NCBI GenBank assembly: GCA_963806535.1
Contig: CAWDYC010000007.1
Location: forward strand, 96,001-160,000
Direction of reading: 5' to 3'
DNA: 64,000 nucleotides
Source: Candidatus Bathyarchaeota archaeon
GTDB taxonomy: Archaea > Thermoproteota > Bathyarchaeia > Bathyarchaeales > Bathycorpusculaceae
In this document: positions 10,623 through 18,977 of the stretch, one piece after another
How the letters are laid out: every line of letters begins with the position of its first letter
Position numbering within the stretch: position 1 is the first letter of the stretch
Notes under the pieces: generated by a model
Databases searched by the model: none
What the model was told of the DNA's origin: nothing
The model's input: only the letters and a program-made list of their open reading frames with translations
Made by a program: the position numbers and the translations under genes

Positions 10623-11747
10623 TTATGTACTTTTTCTTAGCCAGAAAAATGATCCGCCTAGTACTAGTATAGTGAGGATCACAACAATAGCAAGTACTTC
10701 TGGAGGAAGACTGGTTGACCCATTTTGATTCGGGTTATTGCTTGGACTAGAGGTTGGTGAAGCGGTCTCAATGGGAGTTGTTGAAGGATTTGAGCTTGAA
10801 GTAGGAGCAGTTGTCGTATCAGGTGTTGGGGATGGCGACGCATCAGCGCTGGGTATCACTGTTACAACGTGTACGCAACTGCTATTGCCAATTGAATCCT
10901 GCACTGTCAACGTAACATTAAAAGTTCCGGGATTGTTGAAGGTATAGTTGGCAATAATGCCCGTGAGATTTTTTGGTGTGCCATCTGTAAAAGTCCATGT
11001 GTAATTAGTGTTTGTTCCACTTGAAACGGATTGAGAAGCATTAAAGACTGCTTGAGCGCCTTGAACAATTGTTTCGTCTCTACCGGCATTTGCTGTTGGC
11101 GGTCCCGGAATGATAATGGATATTATAGCGGTTGATTGAGGAGAGACTGGAGTTATTATTGGATGATCTGCTCCTGTTTGAACACTCACTGGATTTGGTC
11201 CCAAAAGCTGCTCTACTTCGATAGTAACAGGAGTTGAGGTCGTCTGTCTTGTGGCTTGAAACTGCAGAGTTGCAAGGACTCCGCTCCCACTTGCTGATTG
11301 GTCCATAGTATCGTTACTTGAAGTACATGCGGCTTGTATCTCTATTCCCTGAAAACTGTCTGAGTGGTAATATGGGTCTGAGAAGTTGTAAGGATTTGTG
11401 CTGTAAAGAAATAGGTCTGAATCAACTTGGTTTTTGAGGAAACTTCCTTCACTGGCACCGGTGAAAGTTACATATCGGCTATCCCAAGAAACATTCATAA
11501 CCCATCCCCAAAGATTTTGAACATTATTAATCTTTATGTCTTCGCTGAAAGCTTGCCCTTGCTGTGTTGCATTAAAGCTCAATGGATCTAAGGAAATGGT
11601 AGTCCCCGAAGTTTGAGCTTTCACAATCTGCCCAAATGGAATTACAACAAAAACAAATGTACTAACTAGCAAAGAAATGAAAAATAGGGTAATAAGTCTA
11701 GTATGCCCAGAATTGTATGTATGCAGCTGTAAATTTGATAAAGTCAC
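10623..11747 (-). CDS. Membrane-anchored cohesin-PKD protein
   Basis: Cohesin (LWGWVMNVSWD...SEGSFL...SGVLATLQF), PKD (PTANAG...FNASQS...YTWTF.DG...YTFNNPGTFNVTLTV.D), S/T/P linker, C-terminal TM + RK. Start codon uncertain. Confidence 0.85.
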   Translation of the reverse strand: MTLSNLQLHTYNSGHTRLITLFFISLLVSTFVFVVIPFGQIVKAQTSGTTISLDPLSFNATQQGQAFSEDIKINNVQNLWGWVMNVSWDSRYVTFTGASEGSFLKNQVDSDLFLYSTNPYNFSDPYYHSDSFQGIEIQAACTSSNDTMDQSASGSGVLATLQFQATRQTTSTPVTIEVEQLLGPNPVSVQTGADHPIITPVSPQSTAIISIIIPGPPTANAGRDETIVQGAQAVFNASQSVSSGTNTNYTWTFTDGTPKNLTGIIANYTFNNPGTFNVTLTVQDSIGNSSCVHVVTVIPSADASPSPTPDTTTAPTSSSNPSTTPIETASPTSSPSNNPNQNGSTSLPPEVLAIVVILTILVLGGSFFWLRKST

Positions 11748-12678
11748 TACCAGTTACCTTCCCGTCATTGTTGATATCGCAAAGGTGATTAAAAGGTTGA
11801 TTTTGGTAATACATTATGTAAGCGTTACAGAAGACAATTAGATCTGTACCGTCAACTTTGCTGTCACCGTTGAAGTCACCCACTAATAAAGCGCTAAATG
11901 ATGTGCTATTTACGGTTCTGAAACCACCAAATGGTGAGGACGCGTATACTAGATATGCGCCATTTTGTGAGGCCTTTGGAAGTCTAAAAGTCATGCTGTA
12001 AGCGCCTGAATTTCCGTTGTTGCTCGGTGCAGGACCAGTGCTTGCATGCCCACCAGTAATAGTGAATTGAAATGATTGTTCTTGAGCCATAGGTAGTCCA
12101 TTATTTTGTGGAAAGTCATCATACACGTCTACATAACAATATGCAGTTCCAGCATGCGCCGATAAAGGAATATTTATTGGCAAAGTTGATGTTTGAGCTG
12201 CACTAGCGCCAAGAGAAAGCGTATTGGTTAATGGGACACCTAGAGGCACTCCATTGCCATCGTATACGCTATATGCAAGGACCAAATTTTCGTGGGAGTG
12301 TGCATCTTGATCTTGCACAGTTATTGTAGCATATCCACTATTTCCATTCGCAATAGTATTAACGGGATTTTTGCCAAGATCAGAAAAATATGCAGACGTG
12401 ATTTTGGTTGGCATGCTGAAATCTTGCACATTCCCTGTTTGAATGGTTCTTAGGATTAGCGGGGTTCCATCGGGGTTTTGTATTTGGAGTCCAATGAAAG
12501 CGTCCGATGAACTTATTCCGTTCGCTTGTAATGTTCCGCTCAGAGTTATTTGATCATAGTAATTGTATGACTGTTTATCGGTTGTAATTGTGAGATTATT
12601 TGTTTGTGCTCTAACTACTATTACGCTTGACATTATTAATATAAAAAGAAAAGGAAGGATGAGAGTTTTTGTTTTCAT
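11698..12678 (-). CDS. Secreted Ig/MG2-like domain protein with C-terminal dockerin
   Basis: TTDKQSY MG2-like start; C-terminal GDFNGDSKVDGTD...CDINNDGKVTGSD. Confidence 0.85.
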   Translation of the reverse strand: MKTKTLILPFLFILIMSSVIVVRAQTNNLTITTDKQSYNYYDQITLSGTLQANGISSSDAFIGLQIQNPDGTPLILRTIQTGNVQDFSMPTKITSAYFSDLGKNPVNTIANGNSGYATITVQDQDAHSHENLVLAYSVYDGNGVPLGVPLTNTLSLGASAAQTSTLPINIPLSAHAGTAYCYVDVYDDFPQNNGLPMAQEQSFQFTITGGHASTGPAPSNNGNSGAYSMTFRLPKASQNGAYLVYASSPFGGFRTVNSTSFSALLVGDFNGDSKVDGTDLIVFCNAYIMYYQNQPFNHLCDINNDGKVTGSDFIKFTAAYIQFWAY

Positions 12679-12700
12679 TTTCTATCACTCAAACTTATTT

Positions 12701-14929
12701 TTAATGTGTTGCGGATGCTTCGATGGCTAATGTGGCTGATTGCTGTGGGCTGAATGGTAATCCAAGGTTTTGTGGCAAGTCGCTATATATGTTAACATTG
12801 AGTGTTGCTGGTCCTACGAATGCCCATGTTGGAATTTGCAAAGTAATGCTATAGGTTGCAGTGTTTGTGCTTCCGGCTATGCCGCTGGTGGCTCCATTAA
12901 TTGATTCTACCATGAAGTATTTTTGGACTGGTACATTGTTTGCGTCCATAATTGTTGCGCCGATATAGAACGTCATGTTGCTCCAGTTTGAATTAGTGAC
13001 TGTTACATTTGCATTTACTGTGTTGCCTGTTGTACTGTAGCGATTGAACATTGGTCCGTATAATGCACTCATGTTGCCGTCACTGTTTGTGATTACTACG
13101 GGTTTCAGTTCTAATAGGTACCCATAGTAGAAGGCGCATGAGTCATTGTATGTTTTTTCCGAAACGTCGACTGATGATGTTATGTTAACGGTGCCAAAGT
13201 AACTTGTTGGATTGCTGTCTTGCCATGGAAGTCTGTACGAAGCTGTAGCGATTCCGTTTGTGTCGGTTTGACCTGTAGCATAATCGATGTATTGACCTTG
13301 GAGATATACGTTGAATGTTACTGTTTTGTTGACAACTGGTGCACCATTGTAGGTTACTTGGGCAGTTATGTTAACTTGTTGCTGTGGACCGAATGAGTTT
13401 GCACTCATGTTCCAGCCTTGTCCGCCGTTTTGTGTCCAAATGTCTAATTGTCCGCCTGTGTAGGGTACAAGTACTTGGATATTTAATGTTGCTACGCTTG
13501 TGCTAGTGTAGGTGGGTGCTGATTGTCCATCGACATCAGGTGCAGTAACTGTTAAGACAGCTGTTATGTTTCCTGTCATAGATCCCACTTGTGCAGGTGT
13601 AAGGTCTACCTGTTGTGAATTGGCAACGGTTAAGACGGTTCCGTTTACAAGTGTAATACTCCATGCTGAGGTCATTATTGGATCGGTCTCTCCTGGAGGA
13701 ACTGTGTCGTGACCTGCTACGGAAGTGATTGCGCTTAAGCTGATTGGAACGTTGTAGTATGTTTTGGCAATACCGTTACCGAATGGGCTGTTAAGTACAG
13801 TGATTTTTGCTTGAGGTCCTGCTGCGGATAATGGGGCCCATGTGTAAGTTGCACCATTTAGGTTTACTGGACTGATTGTGTTGTGTGGATAGTTGGAATC
13901 TAGTAGAGTTGGACTTCCTGCAACTAAGTTGATAGAGGCGTTTCCAAAGCTTATTACAGTGAAGCTGAGAACTGCTAGGTTGCCTGATGATGCACTTGGG
14001 TGAGTGTAGGTTTTTAGAGCATCTACGATTTGGCCTTCAACTACGCCGTTTGTGTTGTCAATGTTGCCGGCAAGGAACCATGTGGTGTTAGTTACGCCTG
14101 AGTTTAGGAATGAGCCTTCAGTAATGCTGGTTAGTTGAAGCACTGTTGGAGTCCATGTTAGGCCTACGTTCCATGACCAAACGTTTGGTGCGCTTGAGAT
14201 GTTCATGTCAACATTGAAGGTTGTACCGACTGGGTTGACGTTTGAGGGTACGGTTATGGCTGGATTTGAGGTTCCGCTTGCCCACAGGTTGATAGCTGTG
14301 ACAGGGGCTGCAACTGAGACAGATGCACTATTGCATTGTGCGGCTGTTCCTGCGTCGCTGCTGGTTGAATATAGTGTCATGCCGCTAATAGTTATTGGAC
14401 TATTACCGTAACCGACAACTATAAAGGTCAATTGTACAAGAATGCCTGAAGAATTGGTGTTTACGAAAGAGCCTTTGAGAGCTTCACTGAAGCCACCGTT
14501 GAGGGTTCCAGCAACGTTGTCAATTAAGCTTGGGTCGTCGCCGATGAAGTTAGTTCCTGATTTTGCTGGATAGGCTGTGTTGTTACCTAGCCAACTTTGG
14601 CCGTTAATGCTTGTCTGTGTTGAGGCGCCTTGTGAAAGACTTGTCATGTTGAGGACTGCGGGATTCCAAGATAGAGTTGCTAATGAATATCCCCATACGT
14701 TCGCTGCATTGTCGATTCTAACGTCGATAGATATAGTTGTACCGATTGGGTTCGGGCTAGAAGGTATGCTAATGCTATTCACATTAGTAGTACCTGTTTG
14801 CACTGCACTTATTGCGCCAGTGGAAGCTACTGCTCCAACTGTGCCTAGTGCGGCGAGCATGGGCGCTAGCATAAAAATAACTAGCGCGAATGCTATGATG
14901 GATTTTCTGTTATTGCGGTTTAGATTCAT
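12701..14929 (-). CDS. Secreted scaffoldin-like protein (2 cohesins, PKD-like domain, Ig/MG2-like pair)
   Basis: Cohesins IDVRIDNAANVWGY...WNPAVLNM and WSWNVGLTWTPTVLQLTSITEGSFL; C-terminal FGPQQQVNITAQVTYN domain. Paralog of 6495..8606. Confidence 0.85.
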   Translation of the reverse strand: MNLNRNNRKSIIAFALVIFMLAPMLAALGTVGAVASTGAISAVQTGTTNVNSISIPSSPNPIGTTISIDVRIDNAANVWGYSLATLSWNPAVLNMTSLSQGASTQTSINGQSWLGNNTAYPAKSGTNFIGDDPSLIDNVAGTLNGGFSEALKGSFVNTNSSGILVQLTFIVVGYGNSPITISGMTLYSTSSDAGTAAQCNSASVSVAAPVTAINLWASGTSNPAITVPSNVNPVGTTFNVDMNISSAPNVWSWNVGLTWTPTVLQLTSITEGSFLNSGVTNTTWFLAGNIDNTNGVVEGQIVDALKTYTHPSASSGNLAVLSFTVISFGNASINLVAGSPTLLDSNYPHNTISPVNLNGATYTWAPLSAAGPQAKITVLNSPFGNGIAKTYYNVPISLSAITSVAGHDTVPPGETDPIMTSAWSITLVNGTVLTVANSQQVDLTPAQVGSMTGNITAVLTVTAPDVDGQSAPTYTSTSVATLNIQVLVPYTGGQLDIWTQNGGQGWNMSANSFGPQQQVNITAQVTYNGAPVVNKTVTFNVYLQGQYIDYATGQTDTNGIATASYRLPWQDSNPTSYFGTVNITSSVDVSEKTYNDSCAFYYGYLLELKPVVITNSDGNMSALYGPMFNRYSTTGNTVNANVTVTNSNWSNMTFYIGATIMDANNVPVQKYFMVESINGATSGIAGSTNTATYSITLQIPTWAFVGPATLNVNIYSDLPQNLGLPFSPQQSATLAIEASATH

Positions 14930-14966
14930 TTTTGGTTTTCTCCTTTCATGTTTTCAGTTTGAATGT

Positions 14967-16436
14967 TTAGTGGGTTGGGTTGTAGTTTGTGAAGTAATAG
15001 ATGTAAGCTCCGCTCCATTGGATGAAGTCTGTTCCGTCAACCTTTCCGTTGGCATTAATGTCTGCCATTGGGTTGTAGACTGCTCCGCTGCTAAGGTAAT
15101 AGTGGATATATGCATCGCAGAAGTAAATGAAGTCTGTACCAGTAACTTTGCCGTCAGGAATATGTTGAGTTTGACCTGAGAGTGGTGTGTATGCAGCGAG
15201 GTTTGAGTCAATTGGGGTTCCTCCGCTTAAGTCTGCGCGGCTCATTTCGATGTAGTTTTGGTCATTTACGAAGTCGCTTGCTCCGCCATTGGTTGTGTTG
15301 TACATCTTCATGTATGCAATCCAAACGCCTGCTTCAAGAGTTGGTCCTGTTTTTGGAATTTGGTTTGGTATTACTTCCCATAGCCATCTCCATGCCTGGT
15401 ATTGGCCTGTTGCTGCTACACCTTTTATTCCAGAATAACCGTAGATTACATCAGCTTTTGTTGGTTGAACTGCTGGTCCCCATGTGAAGCCATTTGTACC
15501 CCATGAGCTGTTGTATTGGAAGGTTGATTGGGGTAGATGAGCAACATTGAATGCGATGTTTATCTGGTTCATGCTGAATGATAAGGCATATCCTAGTGAT
15601 ATGAAACCGATACAGTCGGATAATGAACCGATGTTGCCAGCCTGAACTGTGTCTTTAATATTGATGTTTTCGGTGCATGGAATGTATGATGCTGTTTTAG
15701 TAGGGTCGTAACCAGTGACAATGCCTGCTGAGTTCTTCAGGAGGAAGCTGTTTTGGTTTGGAGCTCCAAAGTAGTTGTTGAAGCAGTCTGCTGTTCCGGA
15801 TGTTGGGTCTCTCATTGCACGGCTAATTGGTTCTGATAATGCCGCTGTAGGAACGCCTGCGGTTGATAAGCCCCAGAAAGTGAAGAAGTCATTCCAAGTG
15901 CTAAATGTAGATGCTGTTTGGCCGAGTTCATTTTTTGGAGTGGCTGCAAAGATACTGCATACTTGCAATGTTGTCAGGTTCTGTGGGAACCAAGAAGCCA
16001 TATCAGGGCTAATGACAATAGAGACACTGTCAATTGCTACAGCCCATGTTTGCATGTTAACCATGTTTGCATCGCCGTATTCAGCGGAAGTGCTTTGTGG
16101 AGGTCTGGACATTTCGCCGATATCAGCTGAGCTGTTTGACAAGTTTGGAATTGCTGTTCCGCTACCGAGTCCCTCGAGAGAAATTGGGGAAGTAATATTA
16201 TTAGCGCCCCAAGAAGGATTCCCGCCGTTGAGATTATTCCACCAACTCGGGAATGAGCTTGCTTCTTCCGCCGCAATTGGCAGAACGGTGCTTGAGCCTT
16301 TAATTGTCAATGTAGCTGGATTAACTAAGTGTCCGCCATCAAATGTAGTGGTTGCGCTTGCTAAAGTTGCCGCTGCAGAAACTGCCATCATAACTATTAA
16401 TGCTAGGCATACTAAATACTTAATATTTTTATTCAA
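14967..16436 (-). CDS. pstS: Phosphate ABC transporter substrate-binding protein fused to a C-terminal dockerin
   Basis: PstS motifs IKGSSTVLP, GSGTAI, ADIGEMSR, VAIDSVSIV, RDPTSGT, IGFIS. C-terminal ADLSGG-insert-PDGKVTGTDF...ADINANGKVDGTDF. Signal peptide has no lipobox. Confidence 0.9.
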   Translation of the reverse strand: MNKNIKYLVCLALIVMMAVSAAATLASATTTFDGGHLVNPATLTIKGSSTVLPIAAEEASSFPSWWNNLNGGNPSWGANNITSPISLEGLGSGTAIPNLSNSSADIGEMSRPPQSTSAEYGDANMVNMQTWAVAIDSVSIVISPDMASWFPQNLTTLQVCSIFAATPKNELGQTASTFSTWNDFFTFWGLSTAGVPTAALSEPISRAMRDPTSGTADCFNNYFGAPNQNSFLLKNSAGIVTGYDPTKTASYIPCTENINIKDTVQAGNIGSLSDCIGFISLGYALSFSMNQINIAFNVAHLPQSTFQYNSSWGTNGFTWGPAVQPTKADVIYGYSGIKGVAATGQYQAWRWLWEVIPNQIPKTGPTLEAGVWIAYMKMYNTTNGGASDFVNDQNYIEMSRADLSGGTPIDSNLAAYTPLSGQTQHIPDGKVTGTDFIYFCDAYIHYYLSSGAVYNPMADINANGKVDGTDFIQWSGAYIYYFTNYNPTH

Positions 16437-16673
16437 TTTAGTTTTCTCCTTTCATTATCATGTGAACGATAAGTCGTTCAAAGTGAATATTGAAGCGGAG
16501 ACAATATCTAGCTTCCCGATGTAGTTTACGTTAGACAATTTAGCCTATAGGTTTTAGAAAGCCCTATGGAGAAAACATTACTCATCTACACTTACTATTA
16601 AGAATAAATAGAAAAGCGTTATCTTAGCTGCACTCACCTTTTGCGATTAGTTTGCGAGGAGAATAAGGGCTTT

Positions 16674-17561
16674 ATGAACACCAAAGTGTTTAAGGAAAAC
16701 TTGATTAAAGCCTTATTGTTTTTCTGTGCAATCTCCTCAATTGGCATAGTTTTTTTCATAATTTTCTTTTTGCTAAATAGCGGATACCCAGCAGTTATTC
16801 AGTGGTTTAGCCATGGATTTAATAGCATCCAAGGTTGCTATATTATTGAACTTACATACGACTCGCTATATCTTGCTCTGGGGGGAACATTATTAGCTAT
16901 TATTATTGGACTTCCTTGCGCAATTTATCTTGCAGAGTTCGCAGATAACAGATTAAGAAATATTGTAAAGCCTGCTCTAGAAGTACTTAATGGTTTTCCT
17001 TCAATTGTCATTGGAATAATAGGGTTTACAGTTTTATGCCTTAATTTGCCAAGTTTCGGATTTAGAGCTAGTTACAGCACTTTGGTTGGCTGGATTGTTC
17101 TCGGAATAATGTCATTGCCAGTAATAACAAGTGTTTCGGAAGATTCCTTAAGAGCTGTCCCTGATGAAATGAGAGAAGCCTCACTTGGACTGGGCGCCAC
17201 TAGGTGGCAAACAACCACTCAAGTATTGCTGTCAAGCGCATCGCCAGGAATCATTACAGCAATAGTATTAGGGTTTGCAAGCGCAATTGGAGAGACTATG
17301 GCAGTAATTTGGGTTATTGGCGGAGCTATGCCTCCACCACTTACACTAAATCCTTTAGTTCGAACTTACTCTATTACAGCTTGGATAGCGAACGTAGCAA
17401 CGGGGGATACATTCCAACCTGGCACTATTCTGTATCAACAGGTATTCGGTGCCGGAGTCATTCTTTTCGGAATTAACGCGTTTGTAGTTCTAGCTATTAG
17501 AAGGATATCATCAAGCAGATCTAAAACGAACTTGGGCATTGCGGAGAAATCTAAGAAATGA
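16674..17561 (+). CDS. pstC: Phosphate ABC transporter permease PstC
   Basis: AIYLAEFA, LEVLNGFPSIVIG, EAA loop EASLGLGATRWQT, AIGETMAV. ATG 16674 preferred. Confidence 0.92.
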   Translation: MNTKVFKENLIKALLFFCAISSIGIVFFIIFFLLNSGYPAVIQWFSHGFNSIQGCYIIELTYDSLYLALGGTLLAIIIGLPCAIYLAEFADNRLRNIVKPALEVLNGFPSIVIGIIGFTVLCLNLPSFGFRASYSTLVGWIVLGIMSLPVITSVSEDSLRAVPDEMREASLGLGATRWQTTTQVLLSSASPGIITAIVLGFASAIGETMAVIWVIGGAMPPPLTLNPLVRTYSITAWIANVATGDTFQPGTILYQQVFGAGVILFGINAFVVLAIRRISSSRSKTNLGIAEKSKK

Positions 17562-18973
17562 TTCTAAATCCGCAATTAAGAATTTCAAAGATTTCAAAAT
17601 ATTTAAAGAAAAGAGAAAAACCTTGTTTGATTAACGGATCTCTATTATTTGCGGCAGGCATAATTGTAACTATACCTGGGTTTGTTCACCTTTTCAACAG
17701 CTTACTAATTGATGGGTTTGCTCTAGCAACTTTCGATAAATTAATGGCTGATACTGCGGCTTCAGTACTCTTGATATTGCCAGCTCTAATAGTGTTTTCA
17801 ACAGGATACCTACTCTTGGAAGCCCAGTCTTTGGGTTGGAAACTTTCTATTGCAACTTGTCTAGTCGCCGTATTGTTAGGTGGCTTTGGTTTCTTGAGCG
17901 TTGAATTAGCGTTTATAATTGGAGTCTTAAGTGGCTTGGCAGCTGCGATGGAAATTAGATATCGGAAAAATAGAAATGATCAAAAAGATTCAGCGTTAAT
18001 AACAGAAAACGTTGTGAAATTAGGTCTAGCGTTGTCTGGGGCAATTTGCATAGTAACTCTTGCCGGCATGATTATTTATTTAGCTGTAAGAGGTTCATTG
18101 TTTTTCTCATGGAATTTTTTTGCTGGGCAAGATTTCGGTATGACTTACGCAGCAAAAGTTATTTCAGGTAAGGTGCCTGGCGGTTCGCTAAATTCAATTG
18201 GTGGATTCCTGCCGTACGCATTGGGTTCTTTACTCTTAGCGGGTCTTTGCGAATTGATAGCATTACCGATCGGTATTGGAGGAGCAATATACCTAGCTGA
18301 ATACGCTGGAAAAAATAGATTGACGTCTACAGTGCGTTACTTCATAGAAACGCTTGCGGGAATCCCCTCTATTGTCGTTGCGTTAGTAGGAGCTACCGTC
18401 TTTGTTGTTCTGTTTCAATGGGGTTATTGTGCTTGGGCAGCGGCTATATCATTATCTTTTATGATTTTGCCTTGGAATATTCGAATAGCAGAAGAAGCGA
18501 TTAGGTCAGTGCCAGCCGCATATAGGGAAGCTTCTTTTGCCTTAGGGGCTACAAAATGGCAGACTACGAGCAAGGCTGTGTTATTCGCCGCCTCACCTGG
18601 AATAATAACAGGCGTTCTCTTGGGTTTTGGTGAAGCCCTTGGTGAGACAATTGTTATTGCATTGACCGCCGGTTATGTGCCTATTTCCAATTTGAACGAG
18701 TACGGTCAGCCGATAATTCAAGGATGGACGGTTTTGCCGTCTGTAGCACATCTTTTTTCAACGCACACCACGATTACAACCCTTCCGATTTTTATTTGGC
18801 AAGCGCCAAAACTTTTGACTTTTGGTACGGGAGCCAGCGGCACAAGCTTGTCTTTCATGCAGTATGGATTAGCGTTGGCAGCTGGTTTTTATCTGGTAAT
18901 GATATACCTTGTAATCTGTGCTATTGCTCTTGTTGCGAGAAACTATTTAAGAAAAAGAATCCTAGGAAAGTAA
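17558..18973 (+). CDS. pstA: Phosphate ABC transporter permease PstA with extra N-terminal membrane domain
   Basis: AIYLAEYA, LAGIPSIV, EASFALGATKWQT, LGET. Overlaps pstC by 4 bp. Confidence 0.88.
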   Translation: MILNPQLRISKISKYLKKREKPCLINGSLLFAAGIIVTIPGFVHLFNSLLIDGFALATFDKLMADTAASVLLILPALIVFSTGYLLLEAQSLGWKLSIATCLVAVLLGGFGFLSVELAFIIGVLSGLAAAMEIRYRKNRNDQKDSALITENVVKLGLALSGAICIVTLAGMIIYLAVRGSLFFSWNFFAGQDFGMTYAAKVISGKVPGGSLNSIGGFLPYALGSLLLAGLCELIALPIGIGGAIYLAEYAGKNRLTSTVRYFIETLAGIPSIVVALVGATVFVVLFQWGYCAWAAAISLSFMILPWNIRIAEEAIRSVPAAYREASFALGATKWQTTSKAVLFAASPGIITGVLLGFGEALGETIVIALTAGYVPISNLNEYGQPIIQGWTVLPSVAHLFSTHTTITTLPIFIWQAPKLLTFGTGASGTSLSFMQYGLALAAGFYLVMIYLVICAIALVARNYLRKRILGK

Positions 18974-18977
18974 AAAC

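Noticed and set aside
742-16436. A true cellulolytic cellulosome
   Set aside because: None of the complete dockerin proteins has a recognisable GH, CE, PL or CBM3 domain. The clients are PstS and Ig/repeat proteins.
14577-16524. Long + strand ORFs (200 aa and 249 aa) and similar shadow ORFs across the window
   Set aside because: They are antisense to well-supported genes and show no motifs; expected from codon bias.
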